Shown here piece after piece: positions 27,603 through 36,400 of a stretch of DNA of 64,000 nucleotides. A program made the position numbers and the translations under genes. Below the pieces are notes generated by a model. It was not told the origin of the DNA and ran no database searches. It was given only the letters and a program-made list of their open reading frames with translations. Origin of the DNA: Patescibacteria group bacterium (lineage in GTDB: Bacteria > Patescibacteriota > Minisyncoccia > Phycocordibacterales > EsbW-18); assembly GCA_038063815.1 (NCBI GenBank), contig JBBTUJ010000003.1:12965-76964 (forward strand), given 5' to 3'. Every line of letters starts with the position of its first letter. Position 1 is the stretch's first letter.

Positions 27603-27872
27603 ATGCCAATAATTAGAGCAGCAAAAAAGGCACTTAGATCCTCAGCGAGAAAACGCGTTTTTAATCAGCGCCGGGTTCGCGCGATGAAAAGTGTTGTCAA
27701 AGAGATTCGAACGAATGTTGCAAAGGGCGCGGCAAAAGAAGCCCGCGAACAGCTCGCCCTTGCGTATAAGGCAATCGATAAAGCACTTAAAAGCGGCCTT
27801 ATCAAGAAGAATGCCGCAGCACGAAAGAAGTCCCGCCTCGCGAAACTCCTCAAAAAAGCAGCTGCAAAGTAG
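27603..27872 (+). CDS. rpsT: 30S ribosomal protein S20
   Basis: AAKKALRSS, AIDKA.KSGLIKKNAAARKKSRL. Confidence 0.95.
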   Translation: MPIIRAAKKALRSSARKRVFNQRRVRAMKSVVKEIRTNVAKGAAKEAREQLALAYKAIDKALKSGLIKKNAAARKKSRLAKLLKKAAAK

Positions 27873-27878
27873 CCACAG

Positions 27879-27906
27879 AACCCGCCGCAAGGCGGGGTTT
27901 GTTTTT
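27879..27906 (+). terminator. Intrinsic terminator after rpsT
   Basis: cccgcc-gcaa-ggcggg followed by gtttgttttt. Confidence 0.8.
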
Positions 27907-27969
27907 ATAAAGAAATCGCCCCCGAGGACTACCCGGGGGACTTCGCGATTTCGTAGGACACGTCACGGC

Positions 27970-28227
27970 CTAAGCGGACTGCGCGGCGGCCAGCTGACTC
28001 GACGATTGCTGGAGCAGGTCGAGATACTTCTCGATTTGCTCCGTTCCGTAATGCACCTGACCCGAGGGGGTGTGAAGGTACGGCGTTCCGACGTACGCCG
28101 AACCAAGGGATACGGTATACCGGTGACCGCACACCTTTGCCAGCCTCTTGCGCAACCGCGCTTCAACCTCAGCGAGCTTGGGGATGGAGGGGCTCAGGTA
28201 GAGCAACCACCAATTTTCTGTAGCCAC
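27970..28227 (-). CDS. GC-rich orphan protein
   Basis: GGAAGGAG SD before GTG; TTGACA-16-TATTGT promoter at 28276-28303; hairpin at ~27913-27951. Confidence 0.55.
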   Translation of the reverse strand: MATENWWLLYLSPSIPKLAEVEARLRKRLAKVCGHRYTVSLGSAYVGTPYLHTPSGQVHYGTEQIEKYLDLLQQSSSQLAAAQSA

Positions 28228-28515
28228 GGCGGGCGTCTCCTTCCTCGGTCGGTTGTGGAACGTTTCTAAACACTCACAATACGCTTAAGAAAAAGAGTGT
28301 CAATATTACATGCAGTATTCTTGAATTGATCCGAACGCATTTTTCCGGAAAATTCCCCCCCGTGAAAATTCGGCAACCCGCGAACGCAGAGAGCGGAGCA
28401 GTCGTCGTATGACGGAAAGGCGGCGGCTTGTACTGAGCGAAGTCGAAGTGAGTCGCACCACTGACAATTTCAAGTTTCTCTTTGATTCGTTTGGCCCACC
28501 ATTACTTCTGGTTTT

Positions 28516-29127
28516 TTATGGTCCGCGCCTTTCAATAATCTTTGTTACCTTACCATCTTTTTGAGTCACGTGAAAAAGAGTAATTTGAGAAAAGGAATAA
28601 TTTGTTGGTCCGATCTTGCTATCAAGAAATGCTTGCGAGGTGTTGATGTCCGTCGTCCTCCACTGGTTTTCATAGTTTGGAGAGTAATAGAAAAATGGTC
28701 CGGCGGAAGGCAACATTTCTAAGGTCTGGGTCATTTTATCAGCTTCAATAGGGAACGCATCGGTAATTACCGCGTGAGCTGGATCGGCCGGGCAAATTGC
28801 AGGTAGTGTCTCATGTTCATCTTGGAGTTTTCGGCAATTAATTATGCGTACCGGATCAATTGTGACAAACAGCTTATCGTCACGCTTAACAATCGCTTCA
28901 ATATAGGCAAGGTTACTAGAATCACTATCAAAAAGATCGGGTATGCCAGCTTCCGCAAACGTGTAATAAGTATACTTTGAAGCCACTGGTGTTGGTGTAG
29001 GTTGTTGCGCAACTGACCCCGATTTCTTAACGAATACAAAGTATCCAACCGTACATAATCCTAAGAGTATAACTACTACTACTATCAAAACAATATTTGC
29101 AAAACCTTTTTGATTGCTCGTATTCAT
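28516..29127 (-). CDS. Membrane-anchored protein with pilin-like (NQKGF) N-terminus
   Basis: MNTSNQKGFANIVLIVVVVILLG; lower GC than neighbours; next to a tRNA. Confidence 0.7.
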   Translation of the reverse strand: MNTSNQKGFANIVLIVVVVILLGLCTVGYFVFVKKSGSVAQQPTPTPVASKYTYYTFAEAGIPDLFDSDSSNLAYIEAIVKRDDKLFVTIDPVRIINCRKLQDEHETLPAICPADPAHAVITDAFPIEADKMTQTLEMLPSAGPFFYYSPNYENQWRTTDINTSQAFLDSKIGPTNYSFSQITLFHVTQKDGKVTKIIERRGP

Positions 29128-29222
29128 GTGTTTATTAGTTAATTATTTTGACTTTTCCTACGTGGTGCCCCCGAGAGGACACGTTCTTCCTCTCCCGGTC
29201 ATTTTCTCACCATGTTCGCAAA

Positions 29223-29294
29223 TGCCCTCGAGAGGAATCGAACCTCTATTGCAAGCTCCGCAAGCTTGCGTCCTATCCGTTGAACGACGAGGGC
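29223..29294 (-). tRNA. tRNA-Arg(GCG)
   Basis: GCCCTCG/CGAGGGC acceptor, CAAGC-TTGCGGA-GCTTG anticodon arm, GGTTCGATTCC. Confidence 0.92.
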
Positions 29295-29359
29295 AGTAAT
29301 TGTCTGCGTGAGCACACTATACGTTGCTCGCATTAGTTTTTCAACGCGCGCACGAAAAA

Positions 29360-29815
29360 CTAGAAGCCGAGTATTTCCATGATGTGCTCGGAGAGCGATT
29401 CCTTCACCTCCTCTTCTGAGATGTGATCGAGCAGCCGTTCGCGGACATCCGAGGCGGGCACGCCCTCAAGGGGAAGTGTGATGTACGGCATAAAAACCTT
29501 TTGTGATTTAACGATGAGTTTATTTGGGATTCTGTGCTCGTGTATCCAAAATGATTCAAGCGTTTGGTATGGAAAAAGCACCCCATCAACAACCACGCCT
29601 CTTGTATTGATTTCAAATGACACGTGCCGCGGATGACGAAGTACATACAGAACAAGCGTCAGTGCGCCGATGATAATCAAAACACCAAAGAGAACATTTC
29701 CAAAAATAATCGCAAGAATCGCTCCTCCGAGTGCGATAACGCCAACGGCCCAAAACCAATCGTTTGATCGTTCGCGATGCTCGTACTCAAGCGCGCTCCA
29801 GATGAGGGGTTCCAT
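29360..29815 (-). CDS. Conserved CPR membrane protein (DUF5673-like)
   Basis: WSALEYEHRERSNDWFW, two TM, YQTLESFWI. Confidence 0.7.
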   Translation of the reverse strand: MEPLIWSALEYEHRERSNDWFWAVGVIALGGAILAIIFGNVLFGVLIIIGALTLVLYVLRHPRHVSFEINTRGVVVDGVLFPYQTLESFWIHEHRIPNKLIVKSQKVFMPYITLPLEGVPASDVRERLLDHISEEEVKESLSEHIMEILGF

Positions 29816-29834
29816 GCAAGTATTGTAGCGCATA

Positions 29835-29862
29835 TCACGAAGCATGAAACATGAATCGTGAA
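29835..29862 (-). repeat. Heptamer array upstream of a TACAAT -10 box
   Basis: tcacgaa gcatgaa acatgaa tcgtgaa. Confidence 0.65.
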
Positions 29863-29908
29863 TTAACGCTGGACGAGTAAGTGTTTGTTGTATATTGTTC
29901 GTCTGAAC

Positions 29909-29998
29909 GGTGGGGTGGCGGAGTGGTCTAACGCACCTGTCTTGAAAACAGGAGTCCCTTTACGGGGACCGTGAGTTCGAATCTCACCCCCACCGCCA
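29909..29998 (+). tRNA. tRNA-Ser(TGA)
   Basis: GGTGGGG/CCCCACC, CCTGT-CTTGAAA-ACAGG, long variable arm, encoded CCA. Confidence 0.95.
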
Positions 29999-30006
29999 TA
30001 AACAAG

Positions 30007-30354
30007 ATGTTATACAGACAAACGCCGAGACACCGGATTATTTTTTGGACTCATCTCCTCATTATTTTAGTAGTATGGTCTTCTCCGTTTTGGATTCCGT
30101 GGAGAATTATTTGTGTTGGTATAGCCGCCTACTACCTTCAGTTGCTTCTGGTGGGCAATTGCATTTTGACGAAGCTTCAATTTCAATCGACAGAGCTAGA
30201 TTTAAGTTTCCACTCTTATTGTATAGAACAACTCGGAATCAACCTGAACCGTCGTAGGGTTTTGTTTGTAGTTGATCACATAGTGCCGTGGATTATTCTT
30301 GGTGTAAGTTTGTTGTGGCAAATATACCTACACCACTCTTCTGTTTTGATTTAA
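30007..30354 (+). CDS. Small membrane protein
   Basis: Hydrophobic helices, GNCILTKLQF motif. Confidence 0.55.
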   Translation: MLYRQTPRHRIIFWTHLLIILVVWSSPFWIPWRIICVGIAAYYLQLLLVGNCILTKLQFQSTELDLSFHSYCIEQLGINLNRRRVLFVVDHIVPWIILGVSLLWQIYLHHSSVLI

Positions 30355-30390
30355 ACTTCGCTCCTCAAATAACTGTAAAAAATACATAAA

Positions 30391-30789
30391 ATGAAAACAT
30401 CTCTCTACCATATACAGCTTAATGTTTCTGATGCCGCAACATCATTTCCATTCTATAAAGACCTGTTTCATTATTTTGAGTACAAGATAATAGACGAGGG
30501 AGAAGGGTACCTCGGCGTGTCGAATGGAACAACTGATTTTTGGATTATGACGACCGAAGAAAAATTTAAGAATGCCAACTTCCACCGGAAAAATCCCGGC
30601 GTAAACCACCTTGCCTTTCAGGTAGAGAAAAAAGAAGACGTTGATACCTTTGTAAAAGATTTTCTTAAACCACGAAATATTTCAACTTTATACGAAACAC
30701 CAAAAGCATTTCCTGAATACACACCAGATTACTACGCTGTATTTTTTGAAGATCCCGATCGAATCAAACTGGAGATCGTATATAAATAG
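30391..30789 (+). CDS. VOC/glyoxalase family protein
   Basis: HIQLNVSD, GVNHLAF, YYAVFFEDPDRIKLE. Confidence 0.92.
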   Translation: MKTSLYHIQLNVSDAATSFPFYKDLFHYFEYKIIDEGEGYLGVSNGTTDFWIMTTEEKFKNANFHRKNPGVNHLAFQVEKKEDVDTFVKDFLKPRNISTLYETPKAFPEYTPDYYAVFFEDPDRIKLEIVYK

Positions 30790-30812
30790 GCCTTTCTTGG
30801 TACAATCACTAT

Positions 30813-32060
30813 ATGACCAAGCCGCAAAGAATATTTGTTGCCGTTCTCACCTTGCTTGTTGGCGTAGGACTTTTGTTTGTCGGCTTTACTACTCGAAACG
30901 CAGAAAAAGGAACCACCAATGATTCCGAGACGTCAGGGCTTCCGGAAGAGGTGTCCCTGCTTACGTACGGTGAACCAGTCAGTTATTCTGCATCTGTTCC
31001 GGCTCATTGGAAATTGTATAAAAACAAAGAACTCGGAATTTCTTTTATGTATCCGCCAACCATGCGGGTTGAGCAATATGTAAAGTCACATATTTCTCTT
31101 GTGAGTGGGGCAGAAAAAACGGAGATTGCCTGTAACGAAGAGCGACCCGAAGTACCACCATGGATTTCTTTTTCCTTCATGAATAACCCTGAAAATCTAT
31201 CACTCGAAGACCTTGCTGGGGCATTGCAAGTATTTGATAACCCCACGGTAGTTCATCCGGTTACGTTTGCAGAACAACGAGGTCTTCTTTATGAATCTCG
31301 TTATCTAGATGGTGGTATTCGTAAGAACCTATTCATTGAGGTTTTTGATCGTGCTGTACAAGTTGATTGGTGGCCAGATATCAATTCTGACGAAGAGTGG
31401 AAAAATACGATTCACACAGTTCTCTCATCCCTTTCTTTTCCGGAAGTTGAAAGGAAAAGTATGTATGAGTTAGAGCCCATGTCATCAGATTATGAGACGG
31501 ACTATCGGCTTGTTTTTTATGACGAGAGCGGGAGCAAGCGTGTTCTTTTAAACAACGTTAATACGTTAGCGGGAGTTTATCTGCAGGAGTTCTATTTTCC
31601 CGTCGGTAAAGAAAAAATCTACTTCTCCTCCCTCGCTTATGGATCGGATTCCCCCTGGAGCGATTTGTATAAATATGATCTTTCAACGTCGACTTTCCAA
31701 AGAATGAATATCTCTGATTTCATACGGTCTGAAAGATTTTTATCTCCGGATAAGAGATGGATTGCTGGGTACAATACACGTTCAGAGAAAACAGTTGGTA
31801 CAGAAGAGTCATTGTACGTATTCGATTTGGAAAAAGACGAAATGGAAGAAGAGGTTCGTTTAGAGGGAGGAAATCTTACTTTTATGGAAACGTGCCAGGC
31901 AGAGATAGCCGATGTTTGCTGGGGTAGCGATTTACAATGGCTTGATGATAACTCTTTTGAATACAAGGTATATAGAGCCGATGGGCCAACGATGTGCAAG
32001 AGTGACTCCAACACCCATTTCCCATTATTTGAAACTCGTCGCGCCGTACTGACACCCTAA
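30813..32060 (+). CDS. Membrane-anchored extracellular protein (PsbP-like plus propeller-like domains)
   Basis: N-terminal TM, WKLYKNKELGISFMYP, LSSLSF, LSPDKRWIA. Confidence 0.6.
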   Translation: MTKPQRIFVAVLTLLVGVGLLFVGFTTRNAEKGTTNDSETSGLPEEVSLLTYGEPVSYSASVPAHWKLYKNKELGISFMYPPTMRVEQYVKSHISLVSGAEKTEIACNEERPEVPPWISFSFMNNPENLSLEDLAGALQVFDNPTVVHPVTFAEQRGLLYESRYLDGGIRKNLFIEVFDRAVQVDWWPDINSDEEWKNTIHTVLSSLSFPEVERKSMYELEPMSSDYETDYRLVFYDESGSKRVLLNNVNTLAGVYLQEFYFPVGKEKIYFSSLAYGSDSPWSDLYKYDLSTSTFQRMNISDFIRSERFLSPDKRWIAGYNTRSEKTVGTEESLYVFDLEKDEMEEEVRLEGGNLTFMETCQAEIADVCWGSDLQWLDDNSFEYKVYRADGPTMCKSDSNTHFPLFETRRAVLTP

Positions 32061-32065
32061 GTGAT

Positions 32066-32461
32066 ATGACCATCCTCGGAATTGATTACGGAGAGAAGCG
32101 CGTGGGAATCGCGCTTTCGGATACGTCGGAAACACTTGCGTTCCCGAAGGAAACATTTGAGAGCAGAAAAACACTTCTTGACGATGTCGTTTCTCTTGTC
32201 CAAAAAGAGAACGCGCGCATCGTCGTTCTGGGTTTGTCCCAAGATCTCAAAGGGAATGATAATCCGGTGATGGAGCATATCCGATCATTCAAAAAAGAAC
32301 TTGAAACACGACTCGGTATTCCTGTCGTACTTGAAGCGGAATTCTGGTCATCTGCCGAGGCGCGGCGATTCCAGGGAAAAGTAGAAGGACTTGATGCGTC
32401 TGCCGCCGCGATTATTTTACAAAGATTTTTAGATAAACAGAGAAGCGCGGCAACAAATTAA
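32066..32461 (+). CDS. ruvX: YqgF/RuvX pre-16S rRNA nuclease
   Basis: ILGIDYGEKRVGIALSD, DASAAAIILQRFLD. Confidence 0.93.
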   Translation: MTILGIDYGEKRVGIALSDTSETLAFPKETFESRKTLLDDVVSLVQKENARIVVLGLSQDLKGNDNPVMEHIRSFKKELETRLGIPVVLEAEFWSSAEARRFQGKVEGLDASAAAIILQRFLDKQRSAATN

Positions 32462-32462
32462 T

Positions 32463-32834
32463 ATGACCATCTCACACGACGATTTTAAAAAGGTAGATAT
32501 CAAAATTGGAAAAATCCTCTCTGTCGAGGAAGTTCCTGAAGCGGACAAGCTTCTGAAACTCATGGTTGATTTTGGGCTCAAACCCTCTGCTACTGTAGAA
32601 GGTTCGTCCGAAGGTGAAGAGCGCGATATCAGACAGATCATTTCCGGTATCAAGCAGAGAGTTGCCGACCCGCAAGCGCTTGTTGGTATGAAAACGACAT
32701 TTGTCGTCAATCTCGAGCCGCGGATGATTAAGGGGCTTGAGAGCAACGGAATGCTTTTTGCCGCAGGAGGTGAAGAAAACTTTGCATTTCTCATTCCAGA
32801 TAAAGATATTCCCGAGGGATCCAGAACAAATTAG
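32463..32834 (+). CDS. tRNA-binding OB-fold protein (MetRS C-terminal/Trbp111/CsaA-like)
   Basis: DDFKKVDIKIGKI, ADKLLKL.VDFG, RQIISGI, VNLEPR..GLESNGM. Confidence 0.88.
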   Translation: MTISHDDFKKVDIKIGKILSVEEVPEADKLLKLMVDFGLKPSATVEGSSEGEERDIRQIISGIKQRVADPQALVGMKTTFVVNLEPRMIKGLESNGMLFAAGGEENFAFLIPDKDIPEGSRTN

Positions 32835-32865
32835 TTGGTAGACCGTAGTACGAAGAACGTGGCGC

Positions 32866-32905
32866 GCCGCTTCTCCCTGATTCTGCAGAATTAGGGAGAA
32901 GCGGC
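32866..32905. repeat. 40-nt near-perfect palindrome without U-tract
   Basis: gccgcttctccctgattctg|cagaattagggagaagcggc. Confidence 0.75.
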
Positions 32906-32910
32906 AAATC

Positions 32911-32943
32911 CTTGTTCCTTGTTCATCGTTCATTGTGTATCAT
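32911..32943 (+). repeat. Heptamer array running into the TATCAT -10 box of pilM
   Basis: cttgttc cttgttc atcgttc attgtgT ATCAT, 7 nt, then ATG. Confidence 0.7.
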
Positions 32944-32950
32944 TGACACT

Positions 32951-34045
32951 ATGGCTCTCTCAGAAAAACTCCTTTCTGTTTTTCCTCTACCTTCATCCGT
33001 CACAATGCCGGCGGTTGGGCTTGATATCTCGGATCACTCAATAAAATTTCTCGAACTCGTACACTCACACACAGGATTCCGTGTCGGACGGTTCGGAACG
33101 AAGGAGATTCCCGAAGGCATTGTGGTAGGCGGCATGATTACGCGAAGGGACGACCTCGTGAAGATTCTCGCCGAACTCAAAGATGAGCACAAACTCACGT
33201 ATGTCCGCGCGTCTCTTCCCGAAGAGCCAGGATACATCTTTACGACGATTGTTCCCGCGGTCTCACCCGACGAAATCCGAAGCTTGCTCAAGTTCAAACT
33301 TGAGGAACACGTGCCGATCTCTCCGACAGATGCGGTGATCGATTTTGACACTGTTGCAACCGACGCACCTGTTGGTTCAAAAGAAAAAGTTGTTGCTGTT
33401 TCTGTTTTTCCTGAAGGGTTAGCACAGATTTACGTTGACCTTCTTCACGCTGCCGGTCTCACGCCCGTTTCACTCGAGATAGAAGCCCAGGCGATCGCGC
33501 GCGCGGTCGTGCCGCAGAACCTTACCGCCGCATGTATGTCGGTTGATGTTGGGCGGACGCGTTCGTGTATCAGTGTCGTTGCGGGAGGTGTCGTGCGATT
33601 TACCACGACGGTTGACATTGGCGGAGACGGCTTGTCTCTCGCAATCGCCAAAGCACTTCCTAACGCAAAGGAAGAAGAAATTCTCGTTCTTAAGAACGAA
33701 GAAGGGCTTGCACACACAGAGCACGAAGATGTGAAAACGGCGATGTACGCATTTGCAAAGACGCTTCGAAATGAGATTGAGCGCTATTACATCTATTGGC
33801 AAACACATCCCGAACAAAACCAAAAACTGCCACACCCGCTTGTTGACCGCGTGTTCCTCTCGGGTGGATACGCGAATACCGCAGGGCTCTCGGAATTTTT
33901 ATCCGAAGAACTCTTGATGCCCGTAATACGAGCAAATGTGTGGGAGAACGCATTTTCACTCGACGACCATGTTCCGCCCCTCGAATATCGTCACTCACTG
34001 AGTTACGCGTCATCAATTGGTCTTGCGCTCCATCAGGATACGTAA
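32951..34045 (+). CDS. pilM: Type IV pilus assembly protein PilM
   Basis: VGLDISDHSIKFLEL, LEIEAQAIARA, VDVGRTRS, IGGD, LSGG.A..GL, SIGLAL. Confidence 0.9.
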   Translation: MALSEKLLSVFPLPSSVTMPAVGLDISDHSIKFLELVHSHTGFRVGRFGTKEIPEGIVVGGMITRRDDLVKILAELKDEHKLTYVRASLPEEPGYIFTTIVPAVSPDEIRSLLKFKLEEHVPISPTDAVIDFDTVATDAPVGSKEKVVAVSVFPEGLAQIYVDLLHAAGLTPVSLEIEAQAIARAVVPQNLTAACMSVDVGRTRSCISVVAGGVVRFTTTVDIGGDGLSLAIAKALPNAKEEEILVLKNEEGLAHTEHEDVKTAMYAFAKTLRNEIERYYIYWQTHPEQNQKLPHPLVDRVFLSGGYANTAGLSEFLSEELLMPVIRANVWENAFSLDDHVPPLEYRHSLSYASSIGLALHQDT

Positions 34046-34050
34046 TACAA

Positions 34051-34140
34051 AACCAACGACCGACAACTAACGACAGAAAACATTGGCAAATGGCGAAGTG
34101 GTTTGTTGTGGGTTGTAGGTTGTGGGTCGTTGGTTACAAT
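34051..34140. mobile_element. Inverted heptamer-array unit ('empty' counterpart of 1-486)
   Basis: aaccaacgaccgacaactaacgac + ~27-nt core + ttgttgtgggttgtaggttgtgggtcgttggttacaat. Confidence 0.6.
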
Positions 34141-34146
34141 AGTGTT

Positions 34147-34695
34147 GTGGCGAATTTGCTCCCGACAACAGAACGTCTCGCGCTTCTTGCGGGACGAAAG
34201 CGAAAGTTAACGACCGTTTCGACGATACTCGTTGCGGGCACGTTGGCGGTTGCGATTGCACTCCTCCTCCCTTCTCTTATAACGGTGCTTGCTCGTAAGG
34301 AGTCGAGCGATGAGCGTCTTCTTGCGACACAAAAACTCCTCGACCTCCAGAAGGAAACAGGAACCGGGGCCGATCTTGTTCGCACACAAGAAACCATCAC
34401 ACTTCTGGGGAATACGTTGAGGAGCGTCTCTCCGTACGAGAGCGTGCGTGACCTTGTCGACCTTATCCCCTCGGGAGTTACGGTGCGGCATATTTCCATT
34501 GCCACTGAAGGAGAAACGACGACTATCTCGTTTTCGGGAATGGCAGATACACGAACAGCCCTCATATCGTTCGGTGATCGGTTACGTCAATCAGGTTTGT
34601 TTGCTCAGGTTTTGATTCCGCTTCCCGCACTTGCTCAAAATATCGACATCGCATTCGATCTCCATCTCGTGTTCACTCACAGCGAGAAAAAATAA
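34147..34695 (+). CDS. pilN: PilN-like protein
   Basis: GTG start ANLLP, one TM, IPSGVTVRHI, FSGMADTR..L..F; follows pilM. Confidence 0.75.
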   Translation: MANLLPTTERLALLAGRKRKLTTVSTILVAGTLAVAIALLLPSLITVLARKESSDERLLATQKLLDLQKETGTGADLVRTQETITLLGNTLRSVSPYESVRDLVDLIPSGVTVRHISIATEGETTTISFSGMADTRTALISFGDRLRQSGLFAQVLIPLPALAQNIDIAFDLHLVFTHSEKK

Positions 34696-34700
34696 TCTCT

Positions 34701-35249
34701 ATGGCACAATCTCGAGCACAATCTGACACACGCCACGCATCTGTTTTTAGTGCGGTTCTCGTGTCCTTCCTTCTTCTCGTTGTGTATATGGGAGCAATCG
34801 TATTCATTCGCCGCACAACAGCGGCCGTTGAAGCACGTGCTGCGGAGTTGGCACTTGAAGTGCGACGCGAAGAACTGACACGAGACACGTCTAACCTTTT
34901 AAAAGGACTTTCAAAAGAAACAGAAGACCTCTCAGCCTTCTTCGTACATCCCGGTGGAGCGGTTACCCTCATCGAACGGATCGAGGGCTTTTCTCTCTAC
35001 GTTGGGGTTCCGATCACTATCCGTGACGTGTCATTCGTGCCGCTTGCGGAAGGGAGCGAAGAGGGAGCGGTCGCGATGCGCGTTGAGACGGTTGGCTCGT
35101 GGCGGGAAATGACGCATCTCTTGTCTCTTCTCGACACGCTTCCGTTTGAGGCCGAGGTGAGTACTATCGTTTTGGAAGTCGTAAATGAAGGAGAAGATGG
35201 CACGGAATGGTCGCTTCGTGCGGCACTCACTGTCCTTCTTCGTGAATAA
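34701..35249 (+). CDS. pilO: PilO-like protein
   Basis: TM, coiled coil, GSW.EMTHLLSLLDTLP; operon position. Confidence 0.65.
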   Translation: MAQSRAQSDTRHASVFSAVLVSFLLLVVYMGAIVFIRRTTAAVEARAAELALEVRREELTRDTSNLLKGLSKETEDLSAFFVHPGGAVTLIERIEGFSLYVGVPITIRDVSFVPLAEGSEEGAVAMRVETVGSWREMTHLLSLLDTLPFEAEVSTIVLEVVNEGEDGTEWSLRAALTVLLRE

Positions 35250-35259
35250 GCATATTGAT

Positions 35260-35565
35260 ATGAAAAACCTTCCTCATATAAACGTTAAAAAATTCTTACA
35301 TCGGCCACATCCGACTTTGGCCTTCGCGTGGCTCACCGTTCTTGTGGTGTGCGGCATCCTTATCATAGGAAGCGCTGTTTATGCAGCTTTTGTTTTTAAA
35401 AGAGTGCTTGGGTCGGACGCTTTACCAGAAAATGTCTCCGCTCCGATCGTTGAAACGATCAACCGCGAAGAACTTGTGGAGGTACTCGCCGCATTCCGCA
35501 GACGTGTTACCGAATTTGAGAGGCGCACGAGCACAGTCCCCACGATTCCCGATCCGTCGAGGTAA
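35260..35565 (+). CDS. Small membrane protein ending the pil operon (PilP-like position)
   Basis: Single TM, INREEL, C-terminal DPSR. Confidence 0.55.
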   Translation: MKNLPHINVKKFLHRPHPTLAFAWLTVLVVCGILIIGSAVYAAFVFKRVLGSDALPENVSAPIVETINREELVEVLAAFRRRVTEFERRTSTVPTIPDPSR

Positions 35566-35614
35566 TTTTCTTTTTGTTGCCGGCTTCTTATTCTTTCGTG
35601 TATTGTGAGAAAAG

Positions 35615-35686
35615 CCCCTTGTAGTTTAATGGATAAAACGGCTCCCTTCTAAGGAGTTAATGCAGGTTCGATTCCTGCCGAGGGGA
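35615..35686 (+). tRNA. tRNA-Arg(TCT)
   Basis: CCCCTTG/CGAGGGG, GCTCC-CTTCTAA-GGAGT, GGTTCGATTCC. Confidence 0.93.
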
Positions 35687-35842
35687 TATAGGCGAAGCAA
35701 ATAGCCATGCGGCGGGAATCGAACAGGAAGGAGGTCAAGGAAACACTTGTTTCCTTGTGAAGGAAGGCAACGAGCATTGCTCGTGTTGGAAAACCGTGGG
35801 TTTCCAAAAAGTGAGATAGCGTAGCGTCCTGCCGAGGGGATA
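35673..35842. mobile_element. tRNA-anchored mini-insertion flanked by 16-bp direct repeats
   Basis: tcctgccgaggggata at 35673-35688 and 35827-35842; three internal hairpins. Confidence 0.65.
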
Positions 35843-35856
35843 GTAGAATATTGAAT

Positions 35857-36339
35857 ATGTCAGAAAGAGAAAAACAGTTTGATCCATCTGCAAAGAAAGA
35901 AGATGGAGCGGAATCTCAGGAATCGGGAGCAAGCACTTCGGGGGATTATATTGATTGGGAAAGATTCCGACAGTCGCCAGCGTATAACAAGCACGTCATG
36001 ATACGTTTGCGGGCCCTTCTTCACAAGACACTTCTACCTATTGAAGAACTGGACAGCATAACCGCCATTGATGTGGAGCAAAGTGAGGATTTTAATGACG
36101 AAGATGCGCGCATGGAGGCTATAGAACGCGCGGCAGAGATGTACCGAACTCCAGAAAGTGATCGAATGTCCGAGGAGATCGGCGCGTTGCATACGGTTGA
36201 AGATGTAAAAGTTTTTGTACGAGAAAAAGATCTCGCTATCGATGTGGATGCTGTTGTACAAAGAATAGAGAATGAGTACCCAGAACTCGAAAAGATGCCA
36301 CAGATTCGCACTGACGGAATTGAACCAAAAAGTTCGTAG
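35857..36339 (+). CDS. Acidic hypothetical protein
   Basis: ORF with TAGAAT 7 nt before ATG; terminator follows. Confidence 0.6.
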   Translation: MSEREKQFDPSAKKEDGAESQESGASTSGDYIDWERFRQSPAYNKHVMIRLRALLHKTLLPIEELDSITAIDVEQSEDFNDEDARMEAIERAAEMYRTPESDRMSEEIGALHTVEDVKVFVREKDLAIDVDAVVQRIENEYPELEKMPQIRTDGIEPKSS

Positions 36340-36348
36340 AAACAGTCA

Positions 36349-36371
36349 AGGCCCCTCTCCTTGGGGGGCCT
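36349..36371. terminator. Hairpin between convergent genes
   Basis: aggcccct-ctccttg-gggggcct. Confidence 0.55.
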
Positions 36372-36400
36372 CGGGCAAATCGTGGTTAGACAAGTTTGTG

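Noticed and set aside
33940-34146. N-terminal extension of PilN (also of the 452, 25611 and 32912 ORFs)
   Set aside because: Extensions are translations of heptamer arrays (VVGCRLWVVG etc.) upstream of the -10 box; real starts are downstream
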